A stretch of DNA of 64,000 nt from Phoronis australis (GCA_002633005.1 NMRA01000019.1:522343-586342), one strand, 5' to 3'; positions 1 through 12,750 are shown, numbered from the stretch's first letter. Made by a program: numbers and translations. The notes: generated by a model not told the origin, from the sequence alone.

Positions 1-221
1 TGAGTTCACGATTTTGGGAACTGAAATAGGGACTGCTCGAAGAAAAAGTTTCATAACGGGAGTATTTGTTCGAGTTGGAAGGAATTAAACACATCGACAA
101 CCTCCTAAGGTGTTCCTCTATGCGCAAAAGGTATTTGTAACAACGTGACTTTGATGGTTTAGTCGGTGCGAGGCATAATTCGCCGAAAAGCTTCCGGCGT
201 ACAGAGCGCCTATAGCCTCTA

Positions 222-266
222 CATCGCCTCTGCTTCGGGCCAACAGAGGCGATGGTCATTGCCTAG
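222..266 (+). mobile_element. Possible Helitron-like 3' end (GC hairpin followed by CTAG)
   Basis: Perfect 11-bp stem catcgcctctg (222-232) / cagaggcgatg (244-254), then CTAG at 263-266. Confidence 0.3.
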
Positions 267-309
267 CTGAGGTTGAGAGCAAAACTTTGAAAGTGAGTAA
301 ACAAATTTT

Positions 310-1000
310 GTGCATGGAGTTTACCAGCACCAGGGTTAATGAAGGCATTATGTCATAACTGCTAGGCAGCTGGTCATATCAGATGATTTGTATCCTTGTT
401 TACCTCATTGATGGTTTGTTTTGGGGTCATAGGTCTCTACTAAACTTTATCCAATTATCCATTACAGTGTTTTCCTGTTGATCCCAACTTTGATTCTTAG
501 CTAAACAACAAGTTGGGAACCCCTGTAGCCAATATCTTACATGACTGATTAACTTTATTCTGGCATTTATGGTTCGATTAATTGCTCCATTCTCCAATAA
601 CATCATATCTAGCCTGACTGGGCTGCGCTGTTAAAAATAGAAGTTAAGTTATAACATATTTGAACGTAAACCAATAACATTTCTGAATTCCTCCTCAAAT
701 GCTGGTCATGTTTAGTTTTTGAATCTCCAAAATCGCTTGACTACATCCAAAGTTATGACAATCTATTCTTTTGGAACTTGCCAATGAGCTCTGCAGTTCA
801 CACATGGTCTGTAATAAGCCTGGTAGATAACTGGCCTGCCTGTTGACATACCTGACAAAAGACTGTGCTTGGCAGTTATCAAAGGAGCTAGATGTTGCCA
901 CAGGCTTACAACCCTCTACATCTGGAAAAGTCACTGAACTGGGAGAATGCCATCATGCAAAACCTTTATAGGCAAGCTATCAAACTTGTGTTTATTAAAG
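310..1000 (-). mobile_element. Heavily decayed Gypsy-like LTR retrotransposon pol (RT) fragment
   Basis: Minus-strand peptides in RT order across frameshifts: AFSQF, RYVNRQASYLPGLLQTMCEL, FGDSKTKHDQHLRR, DVIGE..NKV, (LA)xYDIMPSLTL. Confidence 0.4.
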
Positions 1001-2408
1001 CATTCTTATTCAGGTGGCTGTTAAAACACTTTCTGTCACGAAATTCATCTTTTTATGTGGACCACCTACTGTTTCTAATTGTTCTTGTTTAGTCAAGTAG
1101 AGGTGATTTCATGGCTTCAACAAAATCATGAAAATTTGTTATTGTTGGAGATCAGGCTGTACAAGTTTTGCTGTCACAGTGGGCCAATTTGTATTGCACT
1201 GAGCATGGTCTCTGTGAGCTCAGATCTGTGTGTAAGGAACACCGCGTGGCTCTCTTAATGGTATGTAGGACCTTATCGACAAATCTGTGTATTTTGGCAA
1301 ATATCTGCAAAACTGTAGATCTTAAGTCACTAAAAGTATATGCTTTTTTTAAAGTAGAAAGTCTGTAGAATTTTATTTTTGACTTTAGGTCAATCGGCTG
1401 TTAATTGGATCAATTCACCTTGTCTTTTGAGTAAAATTTATTAGCAAAAATTAAATTTTTAAGGTACTTTCTTATTGAATGGTATCAATAACGTAACATT
1501 GCGGAAGTTTTTACAATTACAGTTTTGTTTTCATTTTGTACATTTTTCTGTTTTTCATATACATTATGGAAGTTCTATATTTTTATAGCCCTTTGTGCAA
1601 AAATGGAACATTTTAAAAACAACTATTTCTGGCAGAGTTCTGAAAACAACAGTGCATAAAGCTTAATAGGAAAAGTTTCGTATGAATCTAGTTGTCCATT
1701 TCTAATACTTCTAAGATACTGACATGGTGTGTTTGTATGGTTCTACGTAACCTTATTATTTACCTTTTCAGCCTCATTTCGGTAAATGGTAACATATTTG
1801 TGTTTTATTTCTCTGGTCAATCGAACAGAAAATATCCAACGTTACTGAGTAGTAGTGATTTATTAGGTGCAAGTATGGGCATTCATTTGTGACTTGAATA
1901 TGACAACTGGAGGTTTAATGAGTTGTCAGATGACTTCTGTTGTGTAGGATATATTGTGAGTGATAAGATATGTACACCTGTATCTTTTGAGTGACATAGG
2001 AATTCTCTTATTTAGCACTCAATAGTGGTCAAAAAGTTCTAGTTTGCTAACTTTTTCCACAAAGTAAAGATTAAGAATACTTTAGTCTATTACAAGCATG
2101 GGTTGCATAGCAATGTGTTGGTGACCTAAAACTAAGTTTGTTAAGTTCCCATCATTTTAAAAAATGTAATCGGTCATTGAAAAACGGAAAATGACCATTT
2201 TCATTGGCAATTATTTCTGTGGGAAATGAGGGTGAATTCACCGTACTTATCCAAAGAGTTGAGAGAAAAGCATGCCTTGATCAGATCTATTACTGATATA
2301 TGGCCTGTGGGTAAAAGGGGAAAATGTGTGAAACATTTTGATTAAAACGATGATCAAAGGACCGGCCTACATACATACCGGAGTCAGTTACGCACGACTT
2401 TTTTCCAG

Positions 2409-2503
2409 ATGAACAAGTAAAGATTGGCCTGTGGGTGTTAGCCGGCATACTTTCGTTTCTCATCATCGAGAAGGTCTTTGCTGACGAACATGAATTTGAT
2501 GTT
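2409..2503 (+). CDS. SLC39A13: ZIP13-like zinc transporter, internal exon (TM3)
   Basis: ttttccag| acceptor and |gtaagt donor. Reads (x)EQVKIGLWVLAGILSFLIIEKVFADEHEFDV, matching the ZIP13/ZIP7 'GLWV.AG...FL..EK' helix. Ends in phase 0. Confidence 0.9.
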
Positions 2504-2775
2504 GTAAGTTGAACTAGTCACTAATTTGGGTGAATTTATTCAATAATTTATTTTACTTATTTTGTTCATTATAGAATATTTTAAAACCTCAAATTTTACT
2601 ATGAATGCATTAGCTTTTTATAATAATTTCACGTTATACCCAGTGTGCAAAATATTCTGTTTAAATTCACATTTTTCATTATATTTTCATGTTTTATTTG
2701 CTTTGTTATGTATTCACATGCCATGCAATTCCTCTTTTGATTACCTGTGGCTACCTATTGAAGTTTAAACATATA

Positions 2776-3489
2776 GCCTCATTCACATGCTTAACTGAGA
2801 AACCCGCATATTAATTGTTTACCTAAATCCGCTTTCAATTCTTTCATGCGAGCATTCTCATGTGTTCAGATCCTAACATTAATAAAACCTGCTTTAATTT
2901 CTAGGTCACTCCTGTCATCGACTTTGCTACTGCTCGTTGCCAACTTAAGTGACATCAAATCTAACACAAATGAGTTTAATTGGTAAAGATTTTGTTAAAA
3001 AATGTCGTCAGTAAACCCGTTAAGGTTTCATTCACGGGGGTAAATGTGACAGTTCACCGGCAGCGTTTTAAGACCTCCAAAAACACTGAAACTTACAATA
3101 AATTACCTCTAGTCTTTATGCCCACTCAGCACGCATTACGCTTAAACCCTCCTGGTCCCAGACAGCCCTCCAGAGACCTGGGACTCGCTTCACAAAGAGA
3201 TGAAGAAGCGCATAGATTTTTCAGTTCATATTTTTTTGCAATTTTACGGGAAATGTAGCTTGCAATGCCCTTGCGTGAAGTGAGTATTTCCATTAAACTG
3301 CTTCATGTGATGTTCGTCACGGCGTATCAAATAGCGCGGTGGTTAGTGGTAATATACAATTTCCCACACAGGAGAAAAGCGCTATTCCGAGCATTCACAT
3401 ACAAGTAAGAATACCGCTAATGGAGAATAGCGAGTTTTGGAGAATTTACGCGTGTATTTACGCAGTAATTTTGTGCATGTGAATGGGCC
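2776..3489. mobile_element. MITE (PIF/Harbinger-like termini)
   Basis: Left tatagcctcattcacatgc (2772) and right gcatgtgaatgggcctata (to 3493) are inverted at 17/19 positions; TA on both flanks. Confidence 0.6.
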
Positions 3490-4440
3490 TATAGACAATG
3501 ATCACATTCTCTTATCTTGTAACAATTATGTTCTATTTCAGGAATGAACTCTTATTTTGATTGTCTAGTTAGGACCCATTTTCAGAACATTATGGTCATT
3601 TTAATGCTACATACTTCAAACACTTTAATATTGACACATATGTAGTTGAGAGACTAACCAATATGTACTGTAATCAACTTGAATAATGTTTAACCATACT
3701 CGTCCATGTTAGTGCCCATACTCGGCTTTGACCGCCCACTTACCAAATTTCTAAAATATCACTTATAATCACCCATGTTTGGCTTACTGCCCACCACCAG
3801 TTCATATGAACAAGACTTCTTTAAAGTGCCTGTGTACTTGTGAACGCCCATCTCATCAGAGCTTAAGAGTTCGAAATGTGTGCAACTCGCATTCCTTTGA
3901 TGAATGACCTTTCAGTTTCATCGAAACTTCGCCTTATTCAGGTGGTAAAATACCCAGGCCATACTCTGATGCTATTTACTGTAGGAGATGTGAAATTAGT
4001 TCTTTTGGCTTGTGGGAATTGAGCATTCATGGGCCAATCTTAATATAGAACTCCTGAATATTAATTTCTCTCTGAAATGAGGTTTTAGCCAAGCACAGTA
4101 GATTGTTTACATTCCAATCAGTTGCACAAAACAAAATTCATGCACCAATGTACCTGTTTAAACACAATTTTCCAATACACAATTGACTATATTGTAGTTA
4201 TAATTTCTACAGTGGTGCTGTTAGTGATTTTTCTGTCTAAAATAATGAGAAATATTCTTCCACTATAAACAAGAGAAGACTTTGTTGCTAAATTTGTTTA
4301 TGTACTCGTGTTCGCTGGTCAGAATTCTCCAATTTGGGATACGGAAAAATTTATGACTTAGCTCAAGGCTGGAGCTTGTACCAAACTATTCTAAATGTAG
4401 TTGGTTGAGGAATGTTTCGATTTTTATTTGATTTTACTAG

Positions 4441-4698
4441 ATGGAAGATGATTGTTTGTCTGAGGAAGAGGATGAAGCAGACAAGAAAAAGGAGCAGCAG
4501 ACGTCAGAAGCAACGCAAAATGGCAAGATTGGTTCAGGACAACAAAATGGAAACTGTGATAACTTAAAGTTGAGAAAAAGTACTTTGAATAATAATAAGA
4601 AACCCATACAAAATGGCGCGCTACGAGAGGAACAGTCTATTAGCCTGAAGCGAGAAAAGTCTCATGAAACAAAAAATGCTCAAAGTGACCATATCAAA
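4441..4698 (+). CDS. SLC39A13: ZIP13-like transporter, exon encoding the cytoplasmic TM3-TM4 loop
   Basis: ttttactag| acceptor and |gtaagt donor. 258 nt, phase 0-0, hydrophilic MEDDCLSEEE...QSDHIK; joins the next exon to give the conserved 'IKVSGYLNL'. Confidence 0.88.
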
Positions 4699-5208
4699 GT
4701 AAGTGCTGTTTTAGGTTTGTGTAACGTTTTGAGAACACGTCTGTCAAGTTTGTTTTAGTAAAGCTTTGTTAAGTGGTGGTTAAGCTAAGACAATCTGTTC
4801 ACATGGTGGGTATGTCAACTGGGCTATTGTGTTCTGGTAGTTACAGGGTATTTACCTGATGCTGTGAGGCTCTACCACTGCATTCTGATTGTGTTCCATC
4901 ACTGCCATGGTAGTCAGTAGATGGTGGATAGAACTGACTCTAATGGTTGAATAAAGGACAGATTTCGGCATTTTGTAGCAGTGTAGCAAGCATTTAAAAT
5001 GCAAAAACTAACAGCTATTGCAACATTATTTTTTCCAAAAGTGAACATTTTTAAGTCGTAAGTAATTAACAGAAGTAATACTGTTTACGTAATGTCGATA
5101 AATCATGACATCTGGAAAGTGTTCTTTAGGTTTAGTTGGCTTGTGGGAAAAGCAAGAACTCGCAAGACTTAGCAAGATATCGCCATGTATTACAAAGAAA
5201 GCACATGG

Positions 5209-5466
5209 TTATGCTAATTGCTTCCCCAGCCAGGCTGTTGTATCTGTGAAACTACCCAGATGTGATTTTTTAGACACAGTTTGCACAATTTGCAGTTTTA
5301 AATAGTCTGTTGTTAGGTGTGATTTAAAATGAACATTCTCTGTGTTGAGTAGTGTTCCTGGGTAATCAGTACTTTTATATTGGGGAAAGACAACCTCTTT
5401 AAATTTGTTATCGGTGCTACTACATAAATCCAACCATTTGCCGGCATGTTCCTTGAAACATGACAA
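5209..5466 (-). mobile_element. Possible decayed LINE RT fragment
   Basis: 'DYPGTLLNTENVHFKSHLTTDYLK' resembles the LINE 'YLG..LD..L.F..HI.....K' block; weak. Confidence 0.25.
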
Positions 5467-5594
5467 ATTATTTCCAGTAAATTCACCCGTTTTTCCGTTG
5501 TTTGTACGGAACAGAATGGAGGTAATTCATAATTTGGCTTTTGAGCAGAAAAGTACCTTTATATTTGTCCTTGTTTTGACTGTTTTTATTATAG

Positions 5595-5684
5595 GTGAGT
5601 GGTTACCTGAATCTGTTTGCTAATGTTGTTGACAACTTCACTCATGGTTTGGCTGTAGGTGGAAGTTACTTGGTCAGTCCAAAG
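5595..5684 (+). CDS. SLC39A13: ZIP13-like transporter, TM4 exon
   Basis: ttatag| ... |gtaagt; 90 nt; VSGYLNLFANVVDNFTHGLAVGGSYLVSPK, with the ZIP13/ZIP7 'DNFTHGLA' signature. Confidence 0.95.
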
Positions 5685-5859
5685 GTAAGTTGTACTATCA
5701 GAGATTTATGTCAAGGAGATGTTTGTTTTTCCGTTGTTTTCTCAGACAGTGTTCATGTTGTTTTTTTGTTTGACCTTGAGTCAGTCAGATTTCTATGTAG
5801 TCCAGAGATTATAGTATAGATAAAATTTAATTGCAGCAAACAACTATCGTAGAACTCGC

Positions 5860-7440
5860 GCTTTAGTGCAGTGAGACCGCAAAAATTACTTCTGATAGAT
5901 TCATTTGAAAATTTTGCTGGACAAATGGTGTCAAGTTGAGGAAGACGTGTCGTAATCATCTTTCATCCATAGATTTTTTGATGTCATTGGCTTTTTCCAT
6001 GTACAGCATCAATATTACAAAATCATGTTAATGAGATGAAATGACAGAGTGACTGCAAAGAATGTTACTTCAAGTGAAGGTTATGCTGAAAATCTACCAT
6101 CATCTAGCCTGTTAAGCACTGCCACTAAGCCTTTTGAAATGTAGCTGGTGTTTTCTTATTTTGATAACTTTTGCATTATTCAGTCTATAAAAGATGATTT
6201 CAACGTGTTCAGGTGTCAGAAGCTGAGAAGTGTTGTCTGTAAGGACTTCAAGGGGTGCACTGCACTTAGGCAGACATTTAACTATACTTATTAACTTTTG
6301 ATACCAAATGATAAGGTGAAGCACCAGGGATAGTTACCGGCCATCAGCCTTTTGACCTCAGACTCCGGGTTCAAATTCCATTTAGCCAACTCTGATGAGC
6401 TATAGTGGTGATAAAAGTATACCTGTCCAGCATTCTGACAACTAGTGATTACAAATTGTCTTTTAGTGTAGTAGACTCAGTGTTTTAGTGTAGCAGACTC
6501 CATCCTCAACAGATTCTGTCACCTTCAGTCATGTGTTTAAAAAATACTGACTTTCGGAGTCAACACCCTGCTGTGTCATGATGAAGGGACCTTGTAAAGT
6601 TGATTTGGCTGTAACTCGGGCAGTCCATGACCATACAGCTCCTTGTGTAGCTTAACTGTTAATGTGCACATAAAAGCCATCACATGTTATTGTCAGGATA
6701 TACCCTCATGCACTGAATACGGCTGTATCAAAGATGCCTTACACATTGCCCGTATTTGTTATGCGTCTACATTGTGTGCGTGCATATTGCCATCATCTCT
6801 GCCTGGGAATCCGGATTCTGCTGCTGTATCTCCTAAACCCCTTGCAGAATCAGAATGACACTTGGAGATTCATTCCGTAGCTGATAACAGACGGCCATCC
6901 CACTACCGTTCTGCCCCCTAGTGGCAATTTTAGTTTTTTACTTTTGCCTATCTTCAGTTCCTTGATGGATTTTCATGAAATTTAGCTTTTAGGTTTCTAT
7001 TAAGGAAAAAGCTTTACCATCCCATTTCGGACACATTTTCACATATTCTGCGCCACCTATTGTCCATCTATATTGTTTTTAAGTCCGTTTTTGCTGTCCG
7101 CCTCTCTAGTTGCCAAACTGCTTGAAGAAGCATTATTAAAATTGTGCTCTTGTTGAGAAGACTACGACGGACGTTGATTTTCAGACAAGCCTGACTGCTC
7201 TGATGCCCTGTAGTTATCGCAATTTCATTTTTTGTGTCTGGATGTATTTCCTTCATCCCTTGCAGGATCTTTTAAATTATGAAAATTTGCTTGTACTATC
7301 TTATGAATGTGACGAGTGGTGGTGACTTTCTGTGGGATCTGACAACCTCTCTGCCTTTTACTGACAATTTTACTTTCAATATGTTCACTCACTGCATCTT
7401 GAGAGTTCCTTGAAAGAATTTCACTAAAGTTAGCCAATTA
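5860..7440 (-). pseudogene. Decayed SWIM/YqaJ-type accessory gene of a DNA transposon
   Basis: Minus-strand fragments DDGNMHAHNVDA*QIRAMCKASLIQPYSV, MAFMCT, TS..ECW, EKA...SKNLWMK..IT, collinear with the second ORF of ISL2EU/KolobokP-type elements. Confidence 0.35.
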
Positions 7441-7581
7441 GTTTCTAATAATTTTAGTCAACATATTTTTATTTCTGGACAGATCAGACGACACCACCTA
7501 GCAGTCATTTCTGTTTTTTTAAAGTCTGTTTCTTAGCCACGAGCACTCTATCCGCCTTACTAATCAAAGAAAATTGCCGAT

Positions 7582-8950
7582 ATGCCTTCTGAAATTTCCA
7601 CCGTTTTGTGATGGTGTGTACTAATGCCTTACGGAAAAATCAAACCTTTTAAAATATCAATGGGTGAACAAGGACATCATGTTCCATACATTTCCCATAT
7701 GAAGAAGAACCCTCTCTGGCGTTTTTCTTTGGCTTTAAAAGTATAAAAACGTATCAACATGATAGAACATCTACAATCAACTAAAAGTAGTGTGCCTTTG
7801 ATTCTGTTCCAGATGCATTGCCTCTCATGTGATTTTTGCCATCCCTCTTTTGATATTTAGTTAATTTTTGGATTTTGCATTTTCTGTTAAAACTCTTTCT
7901 GTTACTTGTATTGCGTGATGATGTCTTTGGAATAAAGGTGAAACGTTGTAAAGATGAAGTTTCTAACCACCGCGCTTATAATTCGATCTCTGAGGAAGAA
8001 TCCGCGACAAAGCCAGTGGATGCGGCTGATAAGCGGGAGAACTTCAACCCCATCTGGTGTCAAAAGGTTAAAATAAATTAGTGAACATTGGGAAAGACTA
8101 TCTGACAATGAAATTCATTCTTCTGATTTTAAATTGATGAACTACTCTGTAGTATCTGAATTTGTGTCCACCAAATCTGAATCTCGATCAAACAGAAGTC
8201 TCTTTCGTGCTCCTACTACTCTAGAAAGCACCAATATGAAAAGTCCCATATTGTGGGAACATTTTTCATTTTAAAGAGTGCTCTTCACTGATCAGATCTG
8301 ACAGTAACTTAGATCTGACAATAACATGCAAGGCTTGCAGCTAGATCTTATCTTGTTCACGAAAGTCATGCACCTATAATTTCTAAGATTCTAACCATCT
8401 CACTGACAACAACTGTGAGGTAAAAATGGGGATTTGTTGACAATGAAGATTATGCATTTTGCACTGAAAAATACAACTTTATTCAGCTTGAGTCTTGAAA
8501 TTTGTTCTTTCATTCGTCATTGTCTTAAAAATGATATGTGTGATTGCCAGCCAGACATATCAGTGGGTAGTGCACTCTGACAATGATAACGTCAACATTG
8601 CTTTATGACATACGTCATGTATGCAAAAAGTAGGTCATTTGCATGATATCACATAACCTCCATGGTTGTATGTAATTTTGGAACGGAGTTAACACGTGTC
8701 CTCAAGACAAATTCTTTTGAAAAATAGACTTGGCTACACCTCGGTGTTTGTCACATTTTGGGGTCAGAAAGCCTGCATGCTGACCTCAGTGATAGTCAAT
8801 AATTATATAATATGAGGACTGGACATCATATATGGTAGTACTTGACTTTATATTCCAATATTAGACCATGACTTCATATTTGAAAATAAGGGACAAAATA
8901 TTTCTTCTTGGATATCTTCCTTTTTGTTTTCTGCCTATCAGCCATGTCCA
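7582..8950 (+). pseudogene. Decayed THAP - HTH - DDE_Tnp_4-type transposase
   Basis: MPS...CTN..RK, KYQWVNKDIMFHTFP and LPSLF (THAP); LSDNEIH and RLAARSYLVHES..IISKI (HTH_Tnp_4-like); AFCTEK and SG.S.SDND (DDE_Tnp_4-like). Many stops and frameshifts. Confidence 0.45.
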
Positions 8951-9737
8951 AAATTATGGTAAGTATTGTCAAAGATTATAAAATTTTTAGTTAATATTCC
9001 TGAAAAATAATGAAAAGTTTGAAGAATACTAAAGAAAATTACACAGCTTGTGTAAAGTTTGGCCTTGGCCTTATAGGCAAAATAATGCATTTTGTGGGGA
9101 CATTTTTAAAATTTTGAAAAATGCAATGGTTCTACGGTACAGTAAAGCTTCATCAATTTGGAACACAATACGGTAGAACAGACAAAATTTTTATTACCAG
9201 TATATAATATTTTCAACCAAAATAAATGAGCACAAACTTAACTTCATTATTGCAACAATTTTTATTGCTCAGCTGTCAATCCACGCATGTAAATTTCTGA
9301 GCATTTTAGCCCGTTTTGTTCAAATTTGAGCAAACTTTACTGCACTGTGTCAGGTTATGCTGTGCATGGCTTGAGCTGGCTTTCGTTAGTTGTGTAGGCA
9401 AAAGGGAGCATCAGGTGAATGTGTAAACAGTTCATTCCATATTGCTGGTAACATTTAGTAGTACAGTAATTGCCCTGGTTATTGCCCAATCTGCTTGAGG
9501 TACCTGTAACTCTAGTTCATACATTATCAGCCAGAGGGCGCACTGCAGCAGTGTCAGCCGCATAATGATCAGGTTATAATTTAATTGCTGATTTGTATAA
9601 CAAAGGCATGATTCAGTGTTTGATTATTAAGTTGAATACACATTCCTGTGGGCCTTTTGGTGAAATTGAGATAAGAATAATAATTTTATTTTAAAAGTCT
9701 AGTCACACATCCTGCACCATTCTCACTCTCTCAACAG

Positions 9738-9851
9738 GTGGGGTTCCTCACTACTTTTGCAATACTTGTACATGAAGTTCCTCATGAGGTGGGTGACTTT
9801 GCAATACTGCTGCGGTCAGGCTTTGATCGCTGGAAGGCTGCCAAAGGACAG
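9738..9851 (+). CDS. SLC39A13: ZIP13-like transporter, TM5 exon with LIV-1 HEXPHEXGD motif
   Basis: tcaacag| ... |gtacga; 114 nt; [38 protein letters not shown]. Confidence 0.96.
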
Positions 9852-10101
9852 GTACGAGTTTTCCACGAGCAGGTTAATGACCTGGCTTGAGTAATCGTAG
9901 TCACTCTTAGTGAATGTCAGCAGCTCATGTTGAAGTTGTTGACAGTTAACGACTCCTCTTATTAATAGAGAGCGCTACTGAACACTGCACAAGGTTCAAC
10001 TGATTCTAGCTTCCTCTAGTTCCTGTTGTATGTTTGCAATAACGCACGTTACTGGCATAAATGCAATAGCTGCCTGATGCTCATTGCAAAAGTGAAATCG
10101 T

Positions 10102-12087
10102 TCATGCTATGAACATTCCCACTAAATAAGATTGGTCCTAACCCCAGTGGTTAAGGTAAACGGTGGGGTATGGAAACTTGAACTAGACCGTATTTATCCA
10201 CCTTGACTGAGTCGCGCTCGGCTCACGATCAAAGGGATGCCGCCAAGCTGCTGTAGTCATCGAGTCACGAGCGAGGATAATTGGCTTTGCTCATGCGGAT
10301 ATGATCAGCTGATTACAATCTAGCTAGCAGACTGTACTTTTTATGGAGAGAGTTTTACGTAGTTTTAACTGTAATATTTGAAAAGAGGAGCGAAAACAAA
10401 TATGAGTACAACTTTGAATTTTTCAAATCGGCCCAGCGTAAGAGATTTTGCAACACAGCAACACTCACGATTACTTTCATTCGGCGCGCACTAATACAAA
10501 AATATAGGACCTAAGTTATTTAGATTTTGGAACACATGCATTGCAATATTCAAAATACGTTTATTATGAATCTTACAAGCTGTAAAACGACGTTGTTAAT
10601 TTCATTGTGTTCATTCATTGTCATCCGTCAAATCGGCAATTTCCGAGATGTGATCTGCGGCGTGCGCGTATGTGTACAAAACACGTGATTGTTATGTTCC
10701 TGAAGTACGAAAATTAAGAAGGCTTTAACATGCCGTTATTATTGACAGGGACACGATAAAACGAATTTGGATTTTGACTATAGTCTTGATACAGCGATCT
10801 GACTGACCACTGCGTCAGTGTCTCCGTTAGACCNNNNNNNNNNNNNNNNNNNNNNNNNNNNNNNNNNNNNNNNNNNNNNNNNNNNNNNNNNNNNNNNNNN
10901 NNNNNNNNNNNNNNNNNNNNNNNNNNNNNNNNNNNNNNNNNNNNNNNNNNNNNNNNNNNNNNNNNNNNNNNNNNNNNNNNNNNNNNNNNNNNNNNNNNNN
11001 NNNNNNNNNNNNNNNNNNNNNNNNNNNNNNNNNNNNNNNNNNNNNNNNNNNNNNNNNNNNNNNNNNNNNNNNNNNNNNNNNNNNNNNNNNNGTATGAGAG
11101 TGAGTGAGCGTGCGTGTGCGGGTCATCGACGATAGACTTTTTTGTTACAAAAGGCGGAGGATTATGCAAGAAAATGGCGTTTACTAGATTGTTTTTCACT
11201 TAAACAGCTGTAACGTGCAAGGTGAGTGCTGGTTAACTCACAAATTTTGTGTGCACAGGCCGACTGTCATTAGCTCTGCCATGGAGTGTTAATAGTCCAA
11301 GGCTCGATCTACATGTTGGGGACGAAATGAACTACCCGGGCTGTGTGAAATTTCTGGGTCTAACGGAGACACTGACGCAGTACTCAGTCAGATCGCTGTA
11401 TCAAGACTATAGTCAAAATTCAAATTCGTTTTATCGTGTCCCTGTCAATAATAACGGCATGTTAAAGACTTCTTAATTTTCGTACTTCAGGAACATAACA
11501 ATCACGTGTTTTGTACACATACGCGCACGCCGCAGATCACATCTCGGAAATTGCCGATTGACGGATGACAATGAATGAACACAATGAAATTAACAACGTC
11601 GTTTTACAGCTTGTAAGATTCATAATAAACGTATTTTGAATATTGCAATGCATGTGTTCCAAAATCTAAATAACTTGGGTCCTATATTTTTGTATTAGTG
11701 CGCGCTGAGTGAAAGTAATCTTGAGTGTTGCTGTGTTGCAAAATCTCTTATCCTGGGCCGATTTGAAAAATTCAAAGTTGTACTCATATTTGTTTTCGCT
11801 CCTCTTTTCAAATATTACAGTTAAAACTACGTAAAACTCTCTCCATAAAAAGTACAGTCTGCTAGCTAGATTGTAATCAGCTGATCATATCCGCATGAGT
11901 GAAGCCAATTATCCTCGCTCGTGACTCGATGACTAGAGCAGCTTGGCGGCATCCCTTTGATCGTGAGCCGAGTGCGACTCAGCCAAGGTGGATGAATACG
12001 GTCTAGTTCAATTTTCCATACCCCACCGTTTACCTTAACCACTGGGGTTAGAACCAATCTTATTTAGTGGGAATGTTCATAGCATGA
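10102..12087. mobile_element. Foldback / non-autonomous DNA transposon with very long TIRs
   Basis: 10102-10833 is the near-perfect reverse complement of 11357-12087 (about 730 bp, scattered substitutions). The left arm runs into the N gap. Confidence 0.85.
10834..11091. other. Assembly gap (N run)
   Basis: Run of n. Confidence 1.
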
Positions 12088-12750
12088 TAAATTATATACT
12101 TGTGAACGCATAATTTATTGTTCACAAATGTTATATTCCACCCACTGCTCACAAAATTAAGAAGTCAAATTGTTTTTGATGATTCCTGGACATCAGCTCT
12201 TTTGTGAGTGATCAACGGTACAATGAAGAGTTTAGGGGTTTCCATTTTGGTAAATGTAACACTCAAGTCTTGTCTTTCAATAATTGTCAATTTTTACTGC
12301 AAATCTTATGGTAAATCTCACCAACTTCGGCACAAAAATAATTTTCAAAATTGACCTTTTTTTCATTTCTAGCACTGATGCTAATACCCATTCAATATTG
12401 TCTGATAGTACCTATGATGAGGTGTGGCACATAGTTTAATGTGGAAAAGCATTGATTTGGTGCTGCATGTCTGGGTTATAGTGGCAAAACATAAATTTCA
12501 CTTGTCTGCTATGTTGTGCCCTAAATTGGTGAGATTTTACCAGATATAACATTTAATCCTTCAACACAGCTGCTCATGCTGTACTCATATTGTGTAATGC
12601 ATCTTCTGTAGTCATTAATATTCATATCATATCGTCTCAGTAGAATTCTGTGTTTTGTTCTGTGATATAAAAATAATCTGAATAACGCATGTTATCAAAT
12701 TACGAAATTGAAAATGACAGGCATGTTAAGGTTGGCCTTCACTGTTACAG

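Noticed and set aside
1006-1092. Possible upstream ZIP13 exon at ttcag|gtggctg
   Set aside because: No frame gives the expected LLSFA.GGLLG.VFLHLLPE motif; the 5' exons are probably outside the window.
4699-4758. C-terminal tail of ORF 4441-4758 as a stand-alone gene
   Set aside because: Read-through past the gtaagt donor at 4699; the ATG at 4441 is simply the first codon of an internal exon.
10714-11199. ORFs spanning the first N gap
   Set aside because: Open only because N translates to X.
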